60,000 bases of DNA from Malacoraja senta (Eukaryota): NCBI GenBank assembly GCA_038087875.1, contig CM075988.1, positions 13,828,001 to 13,888,000 of the forward strand, written 5' to 3'. Positions within the stretch are counted from its first letter, which is position 1; every line of letters starts with the position of its first letter. A program made the translations under genes and the position numbers. The notes under the pieces are model-generated. The model saw nothing but the letters and a program-made list of their open reading frames with translations. It made no database searches and was not told the DNA's origin. Positions 23,528 to 35,869 of this stretch are shown here, in pieces.

Positions 23528-23955
23528 GGTTTACATATAATGAGTGTTTGACGGCACTGGGCCTGTACCCGCTGGAATTAAAAAGGATGAGGGGGGACCT
23601 CATTGAAACTTACCGAATAGTGAAAGGCTTGGATAGAGTGGATGTGGAGAGGTTGTTTCCACGTGGGAGAGTCTAGGACCAGAGGTCATAGCCTCAGAAT
23701 TAAAGGACGTTCCTTTCGGAAGGACGTGGGAAGGAATATCTTTGGTCAGAGGTTGGTGAATATGTGGAATTCTTTGCCACAGAAGGTGTGGAGGCCAAGT
23801 CAATGGATATTTTTAAGGCGGAGATAGATAGATTCTTGATTATTACGGGTGTCAGGGGTTATGGGGTTAGGGAGAGATAGATCAGCCATATTGAATGGCA
23901 GAGTAGACTTGATGGGTCAAATGGCTTAATGCTGCTCCTATTACTTATGACCTTA
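23528..23955 (+). mobile_element. CR1 3' part (its 5' stub lies at 20180-20221)
   Basis: RMRGDLIE...GESRTRGHSLRIKG...WNSLP plus 3' UTR. Confidence 0.85.
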
Positions 23956-24974
23956 TACGTGCCTGAACGTAATCGTATATTTAAAATGAAAAAGCAAGCA
24001 ATGATCAGGAATTAAAAATGAACAGGCTGTGAAAAAATTCGGTATAAAGGTTAATTTTCAGGAACAAACCATTTGCTTCACGTTAACATTCAACATTTTT
24101 TCTTTTTATCCAGTTGGATCCTTTGGATCACCCTCCCCTTGGAGCTTGATTTAAATTTTTCTGATTCTAACTCTGTGAAGTCTAGTGTGAAATTGTTTTC
24201 TTTCCAGCATTGGTATATATTATGATGATGATAAGATTATTTAACCATATGCTGTGCTTACTGAGCATCTATTTAATGCTCCAATAAGTACACAGCATTA
24301 CTAATATAAGCAGAGCATACTTCTAAACACTGAATATGTCAAAATAAGCCTTGTAATCTTTTTTGGGTAGAAATCTACTTTAATTATCAGGTACTTTAGC
24401 TACAATTTGATGTATGAATAATAAAACACACAATTGCTGATATTATGTGTAATATAACCTTTTTTTTAAATGTAAAGTATTGCAACAGCGCTACTTCATC
24501 AAATCCATCCCAATATACAGCGGCATCCAACATAACCACATTGAGGTGTCCCAGCCTCAAGGTGCTTAACGATGTGGAACTCAGAAAGAAAATTGAAGTT
24601 TTATTAGAATGAACTGGACAAGAGTGAAATAGAATTTTCCATTAATCTTTTGACCCCCTGGTATGATTAGTTCTGTCATAAATGTGTGACCAGAGAAGAG
24701 CAGGTTGAAAGAATAGATGTGCCAGCAGAAAAGATTGAAGGAAATAAGCGATATCTGAAGTCTGGCTTCTTACAGTTGTTTTAAGAAGCATTCATTAGCC
24801 ATACCAATGATGGCCTTGTTATTCCTTGAAATGCATCCACATAAACAGGTTCTAAGCATTGCATGAATTTGCATCCTACTATTTGAATGAAGATCGCAAT
24901 TATCCCAAATATTGAGTATTCTGCGCATTATTGCTGCAATAGAGTTAAATCAGCCTAAATTCAATTCATATTTA

Positions 24975-25230
24975 GCTTGGGTAGTTTACACATCAGCGGT
25001 ATGAACATTGACTTCTCTAACTTCAGATAGCCCTTGCTTTCTCTCTCCATCCCCTTCCCCTTCCCAGTTCTCCCACTAGTCTTACTGTCTCCACTTACAT
25101 TTTATCTTTGTCCCGCCCCCTCCCCTGACATCAGTCTGAAGAAGGATCTCGACCCGAAACGTTGGCCATTCCTTCTCTCCAGAGATGCTGCCTCTCCTGC
25201 TGATTTACTCCAGCATTTTGTGTCTACCTT
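24975..25230 (+). mobile_element. Penelope 3' fragment with hammerhead-like motif
   Basis: atgaacattgacttctc...ctgaagaaggatctcgacccgaaacg. Confidence 0.75.
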
Positions 25231-25285
25231 AAATTCAATTCATGGCAGGTATTACAACATTGAGGATCAATACTAGGTTTCAATA

Positions 25286-26372
25286 CCGGGTGGTGCCAGC
25301 AATGGCTGTCTCGCCAAGAGTCTGTCTATCCCTTCCTTTGTTGTTTGATAGTATGTGTTAAATGTATGTTTTAGTGTTCTTTACCTTGTTTTATGTACGG
25401 GGTGGGGGGTGGGGTTGGGGGAAACCTTTTTTAATCTCTTACCTCGACAGAGATGCAATTTTTTTCCGTATCGTATCTCCGTTCGCACTGCGGCCTAACA
25501 TCGAGGAGTTGGCGGCCTTTCCTGGAGACCGACTTCGGGAGCTCCAACCACGGGAGCCTGCTGGACTTACCATCGTGGAGCTCGCGATCCCATTCGGGGA
25601 TCGACTTTGGAGCTCCAACCATGGGAGCCTATGGACTTTAACGTCATGGATCTGGCAGTCCCTGGTTAGAGATCGACTTTGGGAGCTCAAGCCACAGGAG
25701 CTTCGACCACCCCGAAACGGGAGCTTCGACCACCCCGACGCGGGAGCTTCGATCACCCCGACGCGGGGGCTTTGACCGCCGGCTGCGGAAGTTTCGATCG
25801 CCCCGACTGCGGATGGTTCGACTGCCTCGACCATGGGAGAATAAAAAATCAGAATCAGAATCACACTTTATTCGCCAAGTATGTTTGCAACATACGAGGA
25901 ATTTCATTGGCCAGGTCAGTCATACAATTAAAAGTAACAGAACACTCAAAAACACATTTTGACATGAACATCCACCACAGTGACTCCTACTCATTCCTCA
26001 CTGTGATGGAAGGCGAAATAAAGTTCAAGTCTCTTCCTTTTGTTCTTCCTCGGTCGTGGGCCTCGAGCCCCCGTTGACGGGATGATCTTAACTCCCGTAG
26101 CCGGCGGCGTTTGGGCCCTCTGCGTCGAGGTGATCCGTTCCCGCATCGGGGGGATGTCAGCTCGAACCTCACGTCGAAAGGAAAAAGATTGGACTTTATT
26201 GCCTTCCATCACAGTGAGGAATATGGGGAATCTGCTGTGGTGGATGTTTATGTTAACTTTTATGTAGTTGTATGTCTTCTTGCTTTTTTTTTAGTATGGC
26301 TGTATGGTAAATCGAATTTTACTGTACCTTAATTGATACATGTGACAATAAACTGACCTTGAAACCTTGAAT
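25286..26372 (+). mobile_element. GC-rich non-autonomous retroposon containing an oppositely oriented relative (25846-26155)
   Basis: Internal gggagcttcgaccaccccgacgc repeats, shared stem-loop and ccttgaaaccttga tail; the nested copy has an (attctg)n tail on the minus strand. Confidence 0.6.
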
Positions 26373-26607
26373 ACCCAAAGGAAACAGGAAGCAGTTCCTA
26401 AGCTGTTTATTCAAGCAAGCAGCCACCTTTATTTTGCAAAATGTTAACACACCAGTACCAGAATAATTATGAAAATTACAATGAATGTACTCCCAGTTAC
26501 ATGGTGTCATGAGAAAATGGCTATCTATTATTGTCATGGGCTCATCTGAACAGATCTGTGATGCTGAGTGTGTCCCTTTGTTCCACCCGTATCCTCCCCC
26601 AACATCT

Positions 26608-26945
26608 CAAGGTTTCAAGGGTCAGTTTATTGTCACATGTACCAGTTAAGGTACAGTGAAATTTGAGTTACCATACAGCCATACTAAGTGAAAAGCAACA
26701 AGACGCACAACCACATAAAAGTTAACATAAACATCCATCACAGTGGATTCCACATTCCTCACTGTGATGGAAGGCAATAAAGTTCAAACTTCCTCCTCTT
26801 GTTCTCCCACGGTCAGGACAGTTAAACCATCCTCAGTCGGGGCGATCATAGCCCCCGCAGCTGACGATTGAAGCCCCTGTCGGGGTGGTCGAAACTCCCA
26901 TGTTGGGGCGGTTGAAACTCTCTCCGTGGCATGGAGTTCCCGAGT
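26608..26945 (-). mobile_element. Same GC-rich retroposon family, 3' part
   Basis: Reverse complement of the 26160-26372 sequence, including stem-loop and tail. Confidence 0.7.
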
Positions 26946-27191
26946 CTGCTGTCTACACTAACATTTCTCCCTGTCAGTTCTAATGAAGGTTCCTGGACCA
27001 GAAATATTGATTGTTTTTCTTTCCACATATGATTCCTGACATGCTGAGTCTTTCCGGCATTCCCTGTTTTCATTCCTTTTGAATAATGTCCTTCAACGAT
27101 GATGATTTCAATTTTTTTTCCAAATTAATATTCAATCTACCTTGTCTTTGTCAATTTACTTACCCTTTCTATATGCCTCTGCAACCTCCTT

Positions 27192-27870
27192 GCATAGAAC
27201 ATAGAACAATACAGCACAGGAAGGGCTCTTCAGCCCACAGTGTTTGTGGCAAATATGATCTCCAGTTAAACTGATCTAATTTGCCTATAAATGGTCCATA
27301 TCCCTCTATTCCCAGTACTTCCGCGTGCCAATCCAAAAGCCTCTTAAACACCACTATCATATCTACCTCCATCATCACCCACAAGCAATGCGTTCCAGAC
27401 ATCCACCACTCTCTGTGTAAAACACTTGCCTCCACATATCTCCATTAAACTTTCCACTTCTCACCTCATAGCTATGCCCTCTACTGTTGGATATTCCCAC
27501 CCTGGGAAAAAAGGTTCTGACTGTCCACCCTATCTATCCATGTCATCATTTTATACACTTCTATCAAGTTTCTCCTCAACCTCAGATGTTCCAGAGAAAT
27601 CAATTCAAGTCTATCCAACCTTTCCCTGTAATCCAGGCCAAATTCTGGTGAACCTCCTCTGCATCTTCTCCAAAGCTTCCACATCTTTCCTGCAATGGGC
27701 TGACCAGAACTGCACATATTACTCCAAATGTGGTCTAACCAAAGTCCTATAGAGCTGCATCTTAACTTCTTCACTCTTATATTCACTGTGCCTAGCAATA
27801 AATGCAAGCATACCATATACCTACTTTACCATCCAATCTACTCATGCTGCCGTGGTGAGCTATGAACTTA
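27192..27870 (-). mobile_element. CR1 fragment
   Basis: YRERLDRL.L.SLE..RLR..LIEVYK on the minus strand. Confidence 0.85.
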
Positions 27871-28029
27871 GAACTTAACATTTTCCTCGCATCCCAACTT
27901 ACTATTATTAGCAATTTTGGATATACTACATATCCAAAATATTGATGTAGCTTTTAACAGTTAGGGCTCCAATGTTGATTTCCAATGGCACACCATTCAC
28001 CATTGACTTCAACCATCACAACAGGTCCA

Positions 28030-28420
28030 GGTTAGATGCCCTCTCCCTACACTCATCAAAATTAAGATGACAAGGACACCACTGTCAGACTCCTTTTCAT
28101 TGAGTATAGCTCCACCTTAATCCCAACTAAACTCATCTCCAAATTCCTGGAGCTTGGATTCAGCACTGCCTTATCTGCTGCTCCACCTCCTGACCCATAG
28201 ACCACAATCTGTGAGGATAAAAAACCAAAACATCCTCCATGCTAACACCCATTCTCAACAATGATGCTCTGCAAGGATGAGTTCTCTGCCCCGTACTGCA
28301 CTCCCTATATATTAACAATTGTGTGGTCAAATTCTACTCTAACTCCATTTACAACATTTCAGATGACACCACCAGAGTTGGACAGATCTTAAACAATGTT
28401 AAACATAGTATGGGAAGGAG
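28030..28420 (+). pseudogene. Degenerate Rex1/Babar RT fragment
   Basis: Decayed LFI.YSS.F, QG.VL.P and DDTT motifs. Confidence 0.6.
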
Positions 28421-29609
28421 GTAGAGATCGTAATAAAACTTAATTCTAAACTCTCATATTTTCTCTTTGTACTACCTGTGGTACTTGTGTATGGCTTGAT
28501 TGTGGTCATGCATAGTATGATTTTAACTGGATATAATGAAAACTGTGTCTCGATACAAGTGATAATATTAAACCAACACCAATATAAATGACCCATTTGT
28601 TCCTACGCACTATTTTTGTCTGTTAATTAATCCTCAGATTACACCAGTCAAAATTCTAATATTTAGTAAATCCTTTTATAGGTCACTTCATCTAAACCTT
28701 CTGTGTTCAAGTATGCCATGTCCACTGGATTCCTCCTGCAAGTTACAATCTCAAAACACTCTAACAGATTTATGTCAAATAACTTCCCTTTTATATTTTC
28801 AATTTCAATAAAAAAAAACGTTATTGGCATGATAAAATACATCGCTATATTGCCAAAGTATAAAACATAACATACATATTTAAAATGCATAAATATAAAT
28901 ACAAGTATACAGTGCATGGATAGATATGTCCCTGTACATATACTCGCAATAGACCTATAGCCCTTTATTGATTGCTACACGTTCTGGCAACTGTAAGCAG
29001 TATTACAGAATAGCAAGTTTAGCAATTCAATGTTAATTTCTTAGTGTCAGTTAATGTCAATTAGTGTGTGCGTGCATATGTGCATATTGGTCATTCACCG
29101 TCTCTCAGGTTATGGCATGCTGTTACGTATTGTGCACCAAGATGTGCCGTATTTCCTGCACCAAGGATTATTCTTAGTTTTGATATATCATCTAGTTCTT
29201 TAAAATCAGGGGTTGCCACACTGAGTTTGTCAAAGTATGTTTTCCTTGTTTTGTCAATTATTTTTGCATTTTAGGAGGAAGTGCACCTCTGTTTCAACCT
29301 CATCTGTCAAACAGTGGTCGCATATTCTATTTTCTCTTGGTTGCCAGAATCTCTTCTGTCTTCCTTTTTCAACTGCCAAATAGTGGTAACTTAACCTGTA
29401 TTTGGTGAGGGTCTGTCTCTGCTTTATGTCTCTAACAGTCGAGAGATAATCTGCCAATTTATAATCTCTTTTTAGGGCACGGTAATATTCTAATCTGCTT
29501 TGGCTTTTGGTTTCTTTATCCCAATGTTCCAAATAAGTTTCTTTACATTGTTCGATAATTTGGTTCACTCTAACTGGTGATTGGGGATCAGTATTGATCC
29601 CCAATCAGT

Positions 29610-30493
29610 GATCAGTGATCTCCCCATCCCCCCACTCACAACAAGGGCGGAGTCCCCCTAGTCCACACCTTTCACCCCACCAGCCGTCACATACAACAAG
29701 TGATCTTCCGTCAGTTTCGCCACCTCCAACGTGACCCCACCACTTGCCACATCTTCCCATCTCCCCCCATGACTGCCTTCTGCAAAGACCGCTCCCTCCG
29801 TAACTCCCTTGTCAATTCTTCCCTTCCCTCCCATACCACCCCCTCCCCGGGTACTTTCCCTTGCGACCGCAAGAGATGCAACACTTGTCCCTTCACCTCC
29901 CCCCCTCGACTCCATTCAAGGACCTAAGCAGTCGTTCCAGGCATCTCCTCCAACCTCATCTATTGCATCCGCTGCTCTAGATGTCAGCTGATCTACATCG
30001 GTGAGACCAAGCGGAGGCTTGGCGATCGTTTCGCCGAACACCTCCGGTTGGTCCGCAATAACCAACCTGACCTCCCGGTGGCTCAGCACTTCAACTCCCC
30101 CTCCCATTCCGTATCTGACCTCTCTGTCCTGGGTCTCCTCCATGGCCACAGCGAGCAACACCGGAAATTGGAGGAAATGCACCTCATATTCCGCTTGGGC
30201 AGTCTACATCCTGGGGGCATGAACATTGAATTCTCCCAATTCTGCTTGCCCTTGCTGTCCCCTCCCCTTCATCAGCCCTCTGGTTGTCTCCTCCCATCCC
30301 CCAGCCCTCGGGCTCCTCCTCCGCCTTTTTTCTGTTTTTCCTTTCTTCTCCCCACCCCCTATCAGTCTGAAGAAGGGTTTCGGCCCGAAACATTGCCTAT
30401 TTCCTTCGCTCCATAGATGCTGCTGCACCCGCTGACTTTCTCCAGCAAATTTGTGTACCTTTGATTTTCCAGCATCTGCAGTTCCTTCTTTAA
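29610..30493 (+). mobile_element. 5'-truncated Penelope-like element (Neptune-type Cys linker plus GIY-YIG endonuclease)
   Basis: VPLVHTFHP...GTFPCDRKRCNTCP, then IYCIRCSRCQLIYIGETKRRLGDRFAEH...PVAQHFN; hammerhead-like 3' motif; TSD cagtattgatc at 29589-29599 and 30494-30504. Confidence 0.9.
30367..30395 (+). ncRNA. Minimal hammerhead-ribozyme-like motif of the Penelope terminal repeat
   Basis: CTGAAGA-A-GGG-tttcgg-CCC-GAAA-C. Confidence 0.6.
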
Positions 30494-31321
30494 CAGTATT
30501 GATCTGAGGTTGGCCAGGGTTTAACTGGATAGGGTTTAACTGAATAGGGGTAGTTAGTCAATACTGCCTGATCTTGTGATTATTTTCTAAATACCTTATA
30601 CCACGTAGCTTAAAAATAGATTCTAGCATTTTCAAGGCTAACATACTGGACTGTAGATTATAGAATGGTGGAGCTGGGAGGTGAGGGCAAGCCCATGGAT
30701 ATAACAAGGGCATGTATTTTAAAATTGACGTTGAACCACAAAATTGAGAAGTTTTGAGAACAGAGAGAGAAGATTTATGAATTTCGAATTTATTTTATCT
30801 TTTTGAGTGATACATTTAACACCATATTTAGAAGAGTTTTTCACCTAAATTATTCTCATGATTAGTTACCATGGAAACTATCAAAATGATACATTTGTAA
30901 TTAAATAATATTAGGCTTAAAGTGTAGGATTTAAATAAATAACGAATAACATCTTAAATCATTATTAGATATGAAATAACATTTGCCAAGTTCTAGCCTG
31001 TCTAAAGTCTACCTTTATATTTTACTACCTTCTTGTACTGTGGAAAGAAGCCATTCAGCCCAGTAAATCTATGATGGCTCTCAATTCCCTGCCACATATT
31101 ATCTCTCGCATGCCCATCAACTTCTCCAATCAATCCTCCTTTTATTCTCCCATCACAGGGGAAATTTTACAGTGGCCGAGATAACAACAACTTCTTATCC
31201 TGAACAGTCTTGGCTATGTTACATTGTTTTCCCTCATTCAAGACATTGCTTTAGTATTTCAACAGTTCAACACTGATCCCGATAGCAACTCATATTTTAG
31301 GTTTGGCAAGTGGTGGAAAAA

Positions 31322-32372
31322 TGGCAGAGTGGTCCAGCTGGTAGAGCTACTGCCTCACAGTGTCAGAGACATGGGTTCAGTCATGACCTTGGATGTGGTC
31401 TGTGTGTGATATAGTCATGAAATCCCTGTGACCATGTGGGCTTTCTCTGGGTGCTCCTGTTAATCTGGGCTAAAACAGAGCAGCCATGGCATCAACATTT
31501 AGTAAGGGTTTATGTACTGTTAGGTCATTTGCTCAAGTCTAATGTGCTCTGCAGAAAACGAGGCAAGCTGCTTGATGGACCCAGATCAGTGTTGCAGAGA
31601 GTGAATGGGACATGTGCAGAGTTCTTACAATGAAGTGTGAAATGCATAGAGTTGATTGGATTAATGCAAACTAAGTGTACATATTGTAAATAATGTTGTG
31701 AGACAGTTACCCTGTTAGTTGTTGATTGGTTTAAATGTTAAGCTTGTCTGGTTGTTAGGGCACATGTTGCATTATTCATTTATGTTGGCTTCCTTCTCGA
31801 AGTCCTACCAGATACCATGTATTTAAGATTATGTTATTAGGTTGGGGAACTGTCAATTATGTACTGTTGTAATCAATATGTTTGATTGGATTGTACAGAG
31901 ACCACCTCCATGTAGTTCAGCCCCTCAAGGTTCGGGGACCTATAAAAGGCAGCCCCCATGAGGTCTTTTGTCGATCTTCTGGAAGAGTGCTTGGGACTGC
32001 GTGACCTTTTGGAGTGTCTCTGCTTGCACAAGACTAGAGGGCTAGGCCAAGCAGATACAAGGATCGAACCTGCGGTGGTTAGGTATCATATAGGGGAATT
32101 TGTGTTGTGTCATCCAAAAATAAAGTTTAGTTGCTCAAGTGCTTGAATCAGTATTTTATTGACTGAACTAGACTGGGGGGGAAGCTTAGAAAGAGCTATT
32201 TTCACTCTGGTTTCCACCCACAATCCAAAGACTTGTGGGATTGTAGGTTAATTGACCTCTGTAAATTGCCCTCAGTGTGTAGGGTGTGTAAAACTCGTGT
32301 GAACGTGCACTCAGTGGGCCAAAGGGCCTGTTTCCATGTTGTATCACTAAACTAAACTAAAACTAAACTAAA
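31322..32372 (+). mobile_element. V-SINE split by a solo LTR
   Basis: SINE head at 31322-31457; the V-domain and tail resume at 32205. Confidence 0.8.
31458..32204 (+). mobile_element. Solo LTR, 747 bp
   Basis: TG...CA ends, 4-bp TSD ctcc/ctct, TATAAAA at 31941, AATAAA at 32119. Confidence 0.85.
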
Positions 32373-32849
32373 CCACAGAAACCGATGTAATTGCAAAGAG
32401 AATGTGCAAACCAAAATACAAAACCAGAAGATAGGATTGAACATGATTCACTGGAACTTCAAGATGGCATTACAAATTGCTTGCCACTGAGCTGCCCTTT
32501 AATTTTTAACAAAGTCAGGTTGGTCATTTTCCCACTATTCCTATCATAAACTCATCTATATCACTTATGGGAATCACTTTCCTAAAGCAGTTAGATTCTG
32601 CTTAAGCCATTTTTTTAAATATCTGAAGGATTCAAAGTTGCATTTAGATATGACTCATACTCCTGCTTGCATAACATTACAGTAATTGAGCTAAAATTGA
32701 AATTGTCCTCAGTCTGTTTAAAGAATATTTTAAGAAATATCCTTTTATTAAACTTATTGTTGATGCAACAGGAAATATTTTATTCACAGGTCACTGAAGA
32801 GATCAATTCTCTTTTTAAGCACATTCAGGAACACATGACAGTAACACTT

Positions 32850-34190
32850 ATAGACACAGAGACAATAGGTGCAGGAGTAGGCCATTCGGCCCTTCGAGCC
32901 ATTCAATGTGATCATGGCTGATCATCCAAAATCAGTACCCCGTTCCTGCCTTCTCCCCAGACCCCTGGATTCTGCCAGCTCTTCACATACCAAAAGGAGC
33001 TTTTACTATCCTCCTTTATATTCTTGGCTAGCTTACCTTCGTACTTCATCTTAGCTCCCTGTATCGGCTTTTTAGTTGCCTTCTGTTGATCTTTAAAAGC
33101 TGCCCAATCTTCTGGCTTCCCGCTCATCTTTGCTATGTTATACGTCTTCTCTTTTATTTTTATACTATCCTTGACTTCCCTTGTCAGCCACGGTCGCCTC
33201 TTACTCCTCTTAGAATCTTTCTTCCTCTTTGGAATGAAATGATCCTTGATCTTTTTGGATTATACCCAGAAATACCTGCCATTGCTGTTCCACAGTCATC
33301 GCTGCTAGGGTCCCTTTTCAGTCAACTTTGGCCAGCTCCTCCCTCATGCCTCCGTAGCGCCCTTTGTTCCCTGCAATACTTACACCTCTGATTTTACCTT
33401 CTCCCTCTCAAATTGCAGATTAAAACTTATCATATTATGGTGACTACCTCCTACCTCCTTTACTTTGAGATCCCTGATCAAATCCAGTTCATTACAGAAC
33501 ACTAAATCCAGAATTGCCTTCTCCCTGTTCAGCTCCTGAACAAGCTGCTCTAAAAATGCATCTCAGAGGCACTCTACAAACTCCCTTTCTTGGCGTCCAG
33601 TACCAACCTAATTTTCCCAGTCTACCTGCATGTTGAAATCTCCCATAACCACCATAACATTACCTTTGTTACATGCTAATTGTAACTCCTGATGCAACAG
33701 GCTGCTGTTTGGGTCTTTTTACCCTTACAATTTCTCAGTTCTAACCATAATGACTCGATATCTTCTGATTCTATGTCATCCCTTGCAAGGGACTGAATTT
33801 CATTCCTTACCAACAGAGCCACCCCACCTCCTCTGCCAACCTGTCTGTCTTTTCGATAGGATGTACACCCCTGAATACTCAGTTCCCAACTCTGATCCTC
33901 TTGCAGCCTCGTCTCTGTAATTCCCACAACATCATACTTACCAATTTCTAACTGAGCCTCAAGCACATCCACTTTATTTCTTATACTTTGCACATTCATA
34001 TATAACACTTTTAATTTGGTATTCACCTCCCCTCTCACACCGGTTCCTATTTCACTTGACCATACTCTTTTATCTCTTCTTCAACGTTCCATCCAATTAA
34101 TTTGAGTGTCTTTCATAACATTTTCTGTACTCTCTTCCCCTTTAACTCCATCCTTATACTCCCAATTTGTCAACCCTTCCCCCCTTCATT
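32850..34190 (-). pseudogene. Internally deleted CR1 (APE endonuclease region joined to the 3' tail)
   Basis: ORF 33676-34038(-) reads VLYMNVQSIRNK...DVVGITET...YRKDR..GRGGGVAL; 3' UTR at 32850-32970 with no RT in between. Confidence 0.85.
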
Positions 34191-35525
34191 GAAGTTAATT
34201 CTATTATGATTACTTTTCACCGAGGAACCAGTCAAAATGCATCAACTGAATCATGCAGTTACCACTGGTGGAAGCACTTAATTTTAATGAATAAAGCATA
34301 GAGGATCTTGAAGTGAAAAAAAACCCTCAAATCCTCATAGAACAGACTGGTTTAAAAGTCTGCTTCATTGATGATTCATTATAGAGTAACACACACAATG
34401 ATGCATTTGTGAAAGTTGCTCATTTTGAAGGAATGAACCAATTTCATAATTGATTGTATGGCCTCTTGCTGCTGTGTAAATATCTATTAATCCTTGAAAT
34501 AGATTTAGGATCCATCAGTTGTAGGAGGCAATCATATGAAGAATGAATGTTATGTCTTTTCACCTGAAAATGTGTGTAGAATTAGCTTCATAGATTAACC
34601 TATGATTATCAGTTATTTGACATTTTTTAATATGACAGTGTTTGACAATTATCTGATGCTGTATAACACCAAGGTGCCCACAAATATTCATGCAACAAAA
34701 GCATTTCATTGCACCGTAGTACATGTGACAATAAACTAAACTAAACTAACTAACTAAGGATAACATTGCTTAAGTATTTGTGTAAACATGTTATTAAATT
34801 GCATCATAATGCATGATGTAGATCATGAAAGAGAAATAGCAACATTATTTGAAAACCATCAGCTGAATCTCAAATGTGATTTTGAGCGAGCAATAATACC
34901 TTCAATTATGGTTAATCACACAGAATGGTGAAAAGGTCAACTTTTCTTGGGTAATGAGCAGAATCACAAATGGAATTTTGAGAGACCTCTCAGTTTTAAT
35001 GTCCAGAAAGTAGCGACATAACAGTAGTGACTGGGAAATTCTCTGCTGGCTAACATGTTGTTCTAGAATTAACCCAGTGGTGTAAATGTTTAATTTGCCA
35101 ACCTTTTCTAACACTGCCAGCTGGATATTACACCTTGGCAGCCAGTGGGGTTCTGGAAGCTGGCATGTTGTTATTGCAACTTATCAGTTTCTGGACCTTG
35201 ATGAGGTCCAGCAGCTGACAAGTCTGAAAATTGCATGGAACAGGGAGACTTATGGTTCCTAATGTTCTGTCTTCATGCCCCTAATTTCCCAAGCTATCAT
35301 TTTATCATTCACACCATTCAGCAATGACTGAATCGAAGCATTATCCACACTGCTGCCTTCTGTGAAAAACCATAACAATAAAACATGAGTTATATTTTAC
35401 CATGCTCATTCGTTGAACTTTGCCAACTCTTTAATGATAATAATTAATTAGGGGAATTAATGAAAGTTGCAGATAAAAATCACTATTGAGAAAGTGTGCA
35501 TGTTTCTAATTGAAAGTTCATTAAA

Positions 35526-35820
35526 GGGCGACACAGTGGCTGCTGCTTCACAGCGCCAGAGACCCTGGTTCAATCTTGACTATGGGTGCTGTCTGTGCGG
35601 AGTTTGTATGTTTCCTCTGTGACCGCATGGGTTTTCTCCGGGTGCTCCGGTTTCCTCCCACATTCCAAAGACATACAGGTTTGTAGGTTACTTGACTTCT
35701 GTTTTTTGCTCCTAGTATGTATGATGCGAAATTGGGTTCACATAGAAGTAGTGATCGATGGTCAGCATAGACTCAGTGAGCCAAAGGGCCTGTTTCCATG
35801 CTGTATCTCTCTATCTCTAA
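35526..35820 (+). mobile_element. V-SINE (HE1-like)
   Basis: V-domain ctccgggtgctccggtttcctcccacattccaaagac and tail. Confidence 0.85.
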
Positions 35821-35869
35821 ATGGAACTTGCCGTACTAAATCAAAAATACTTGTTGCTGGCGCTGTAGG

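Larger units (their letters stand above)
28810..30700 (-). pseudogene. Non-LTR element C-terminal fragment (RTEX-like), split by Penelope
   Basis: ORF 29254-29604(-) reads LTKYRLSYH.LAVEKGR....RENRICDHC...VETEVHFLLKC (CCHC finger). Confidence 0.7.
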
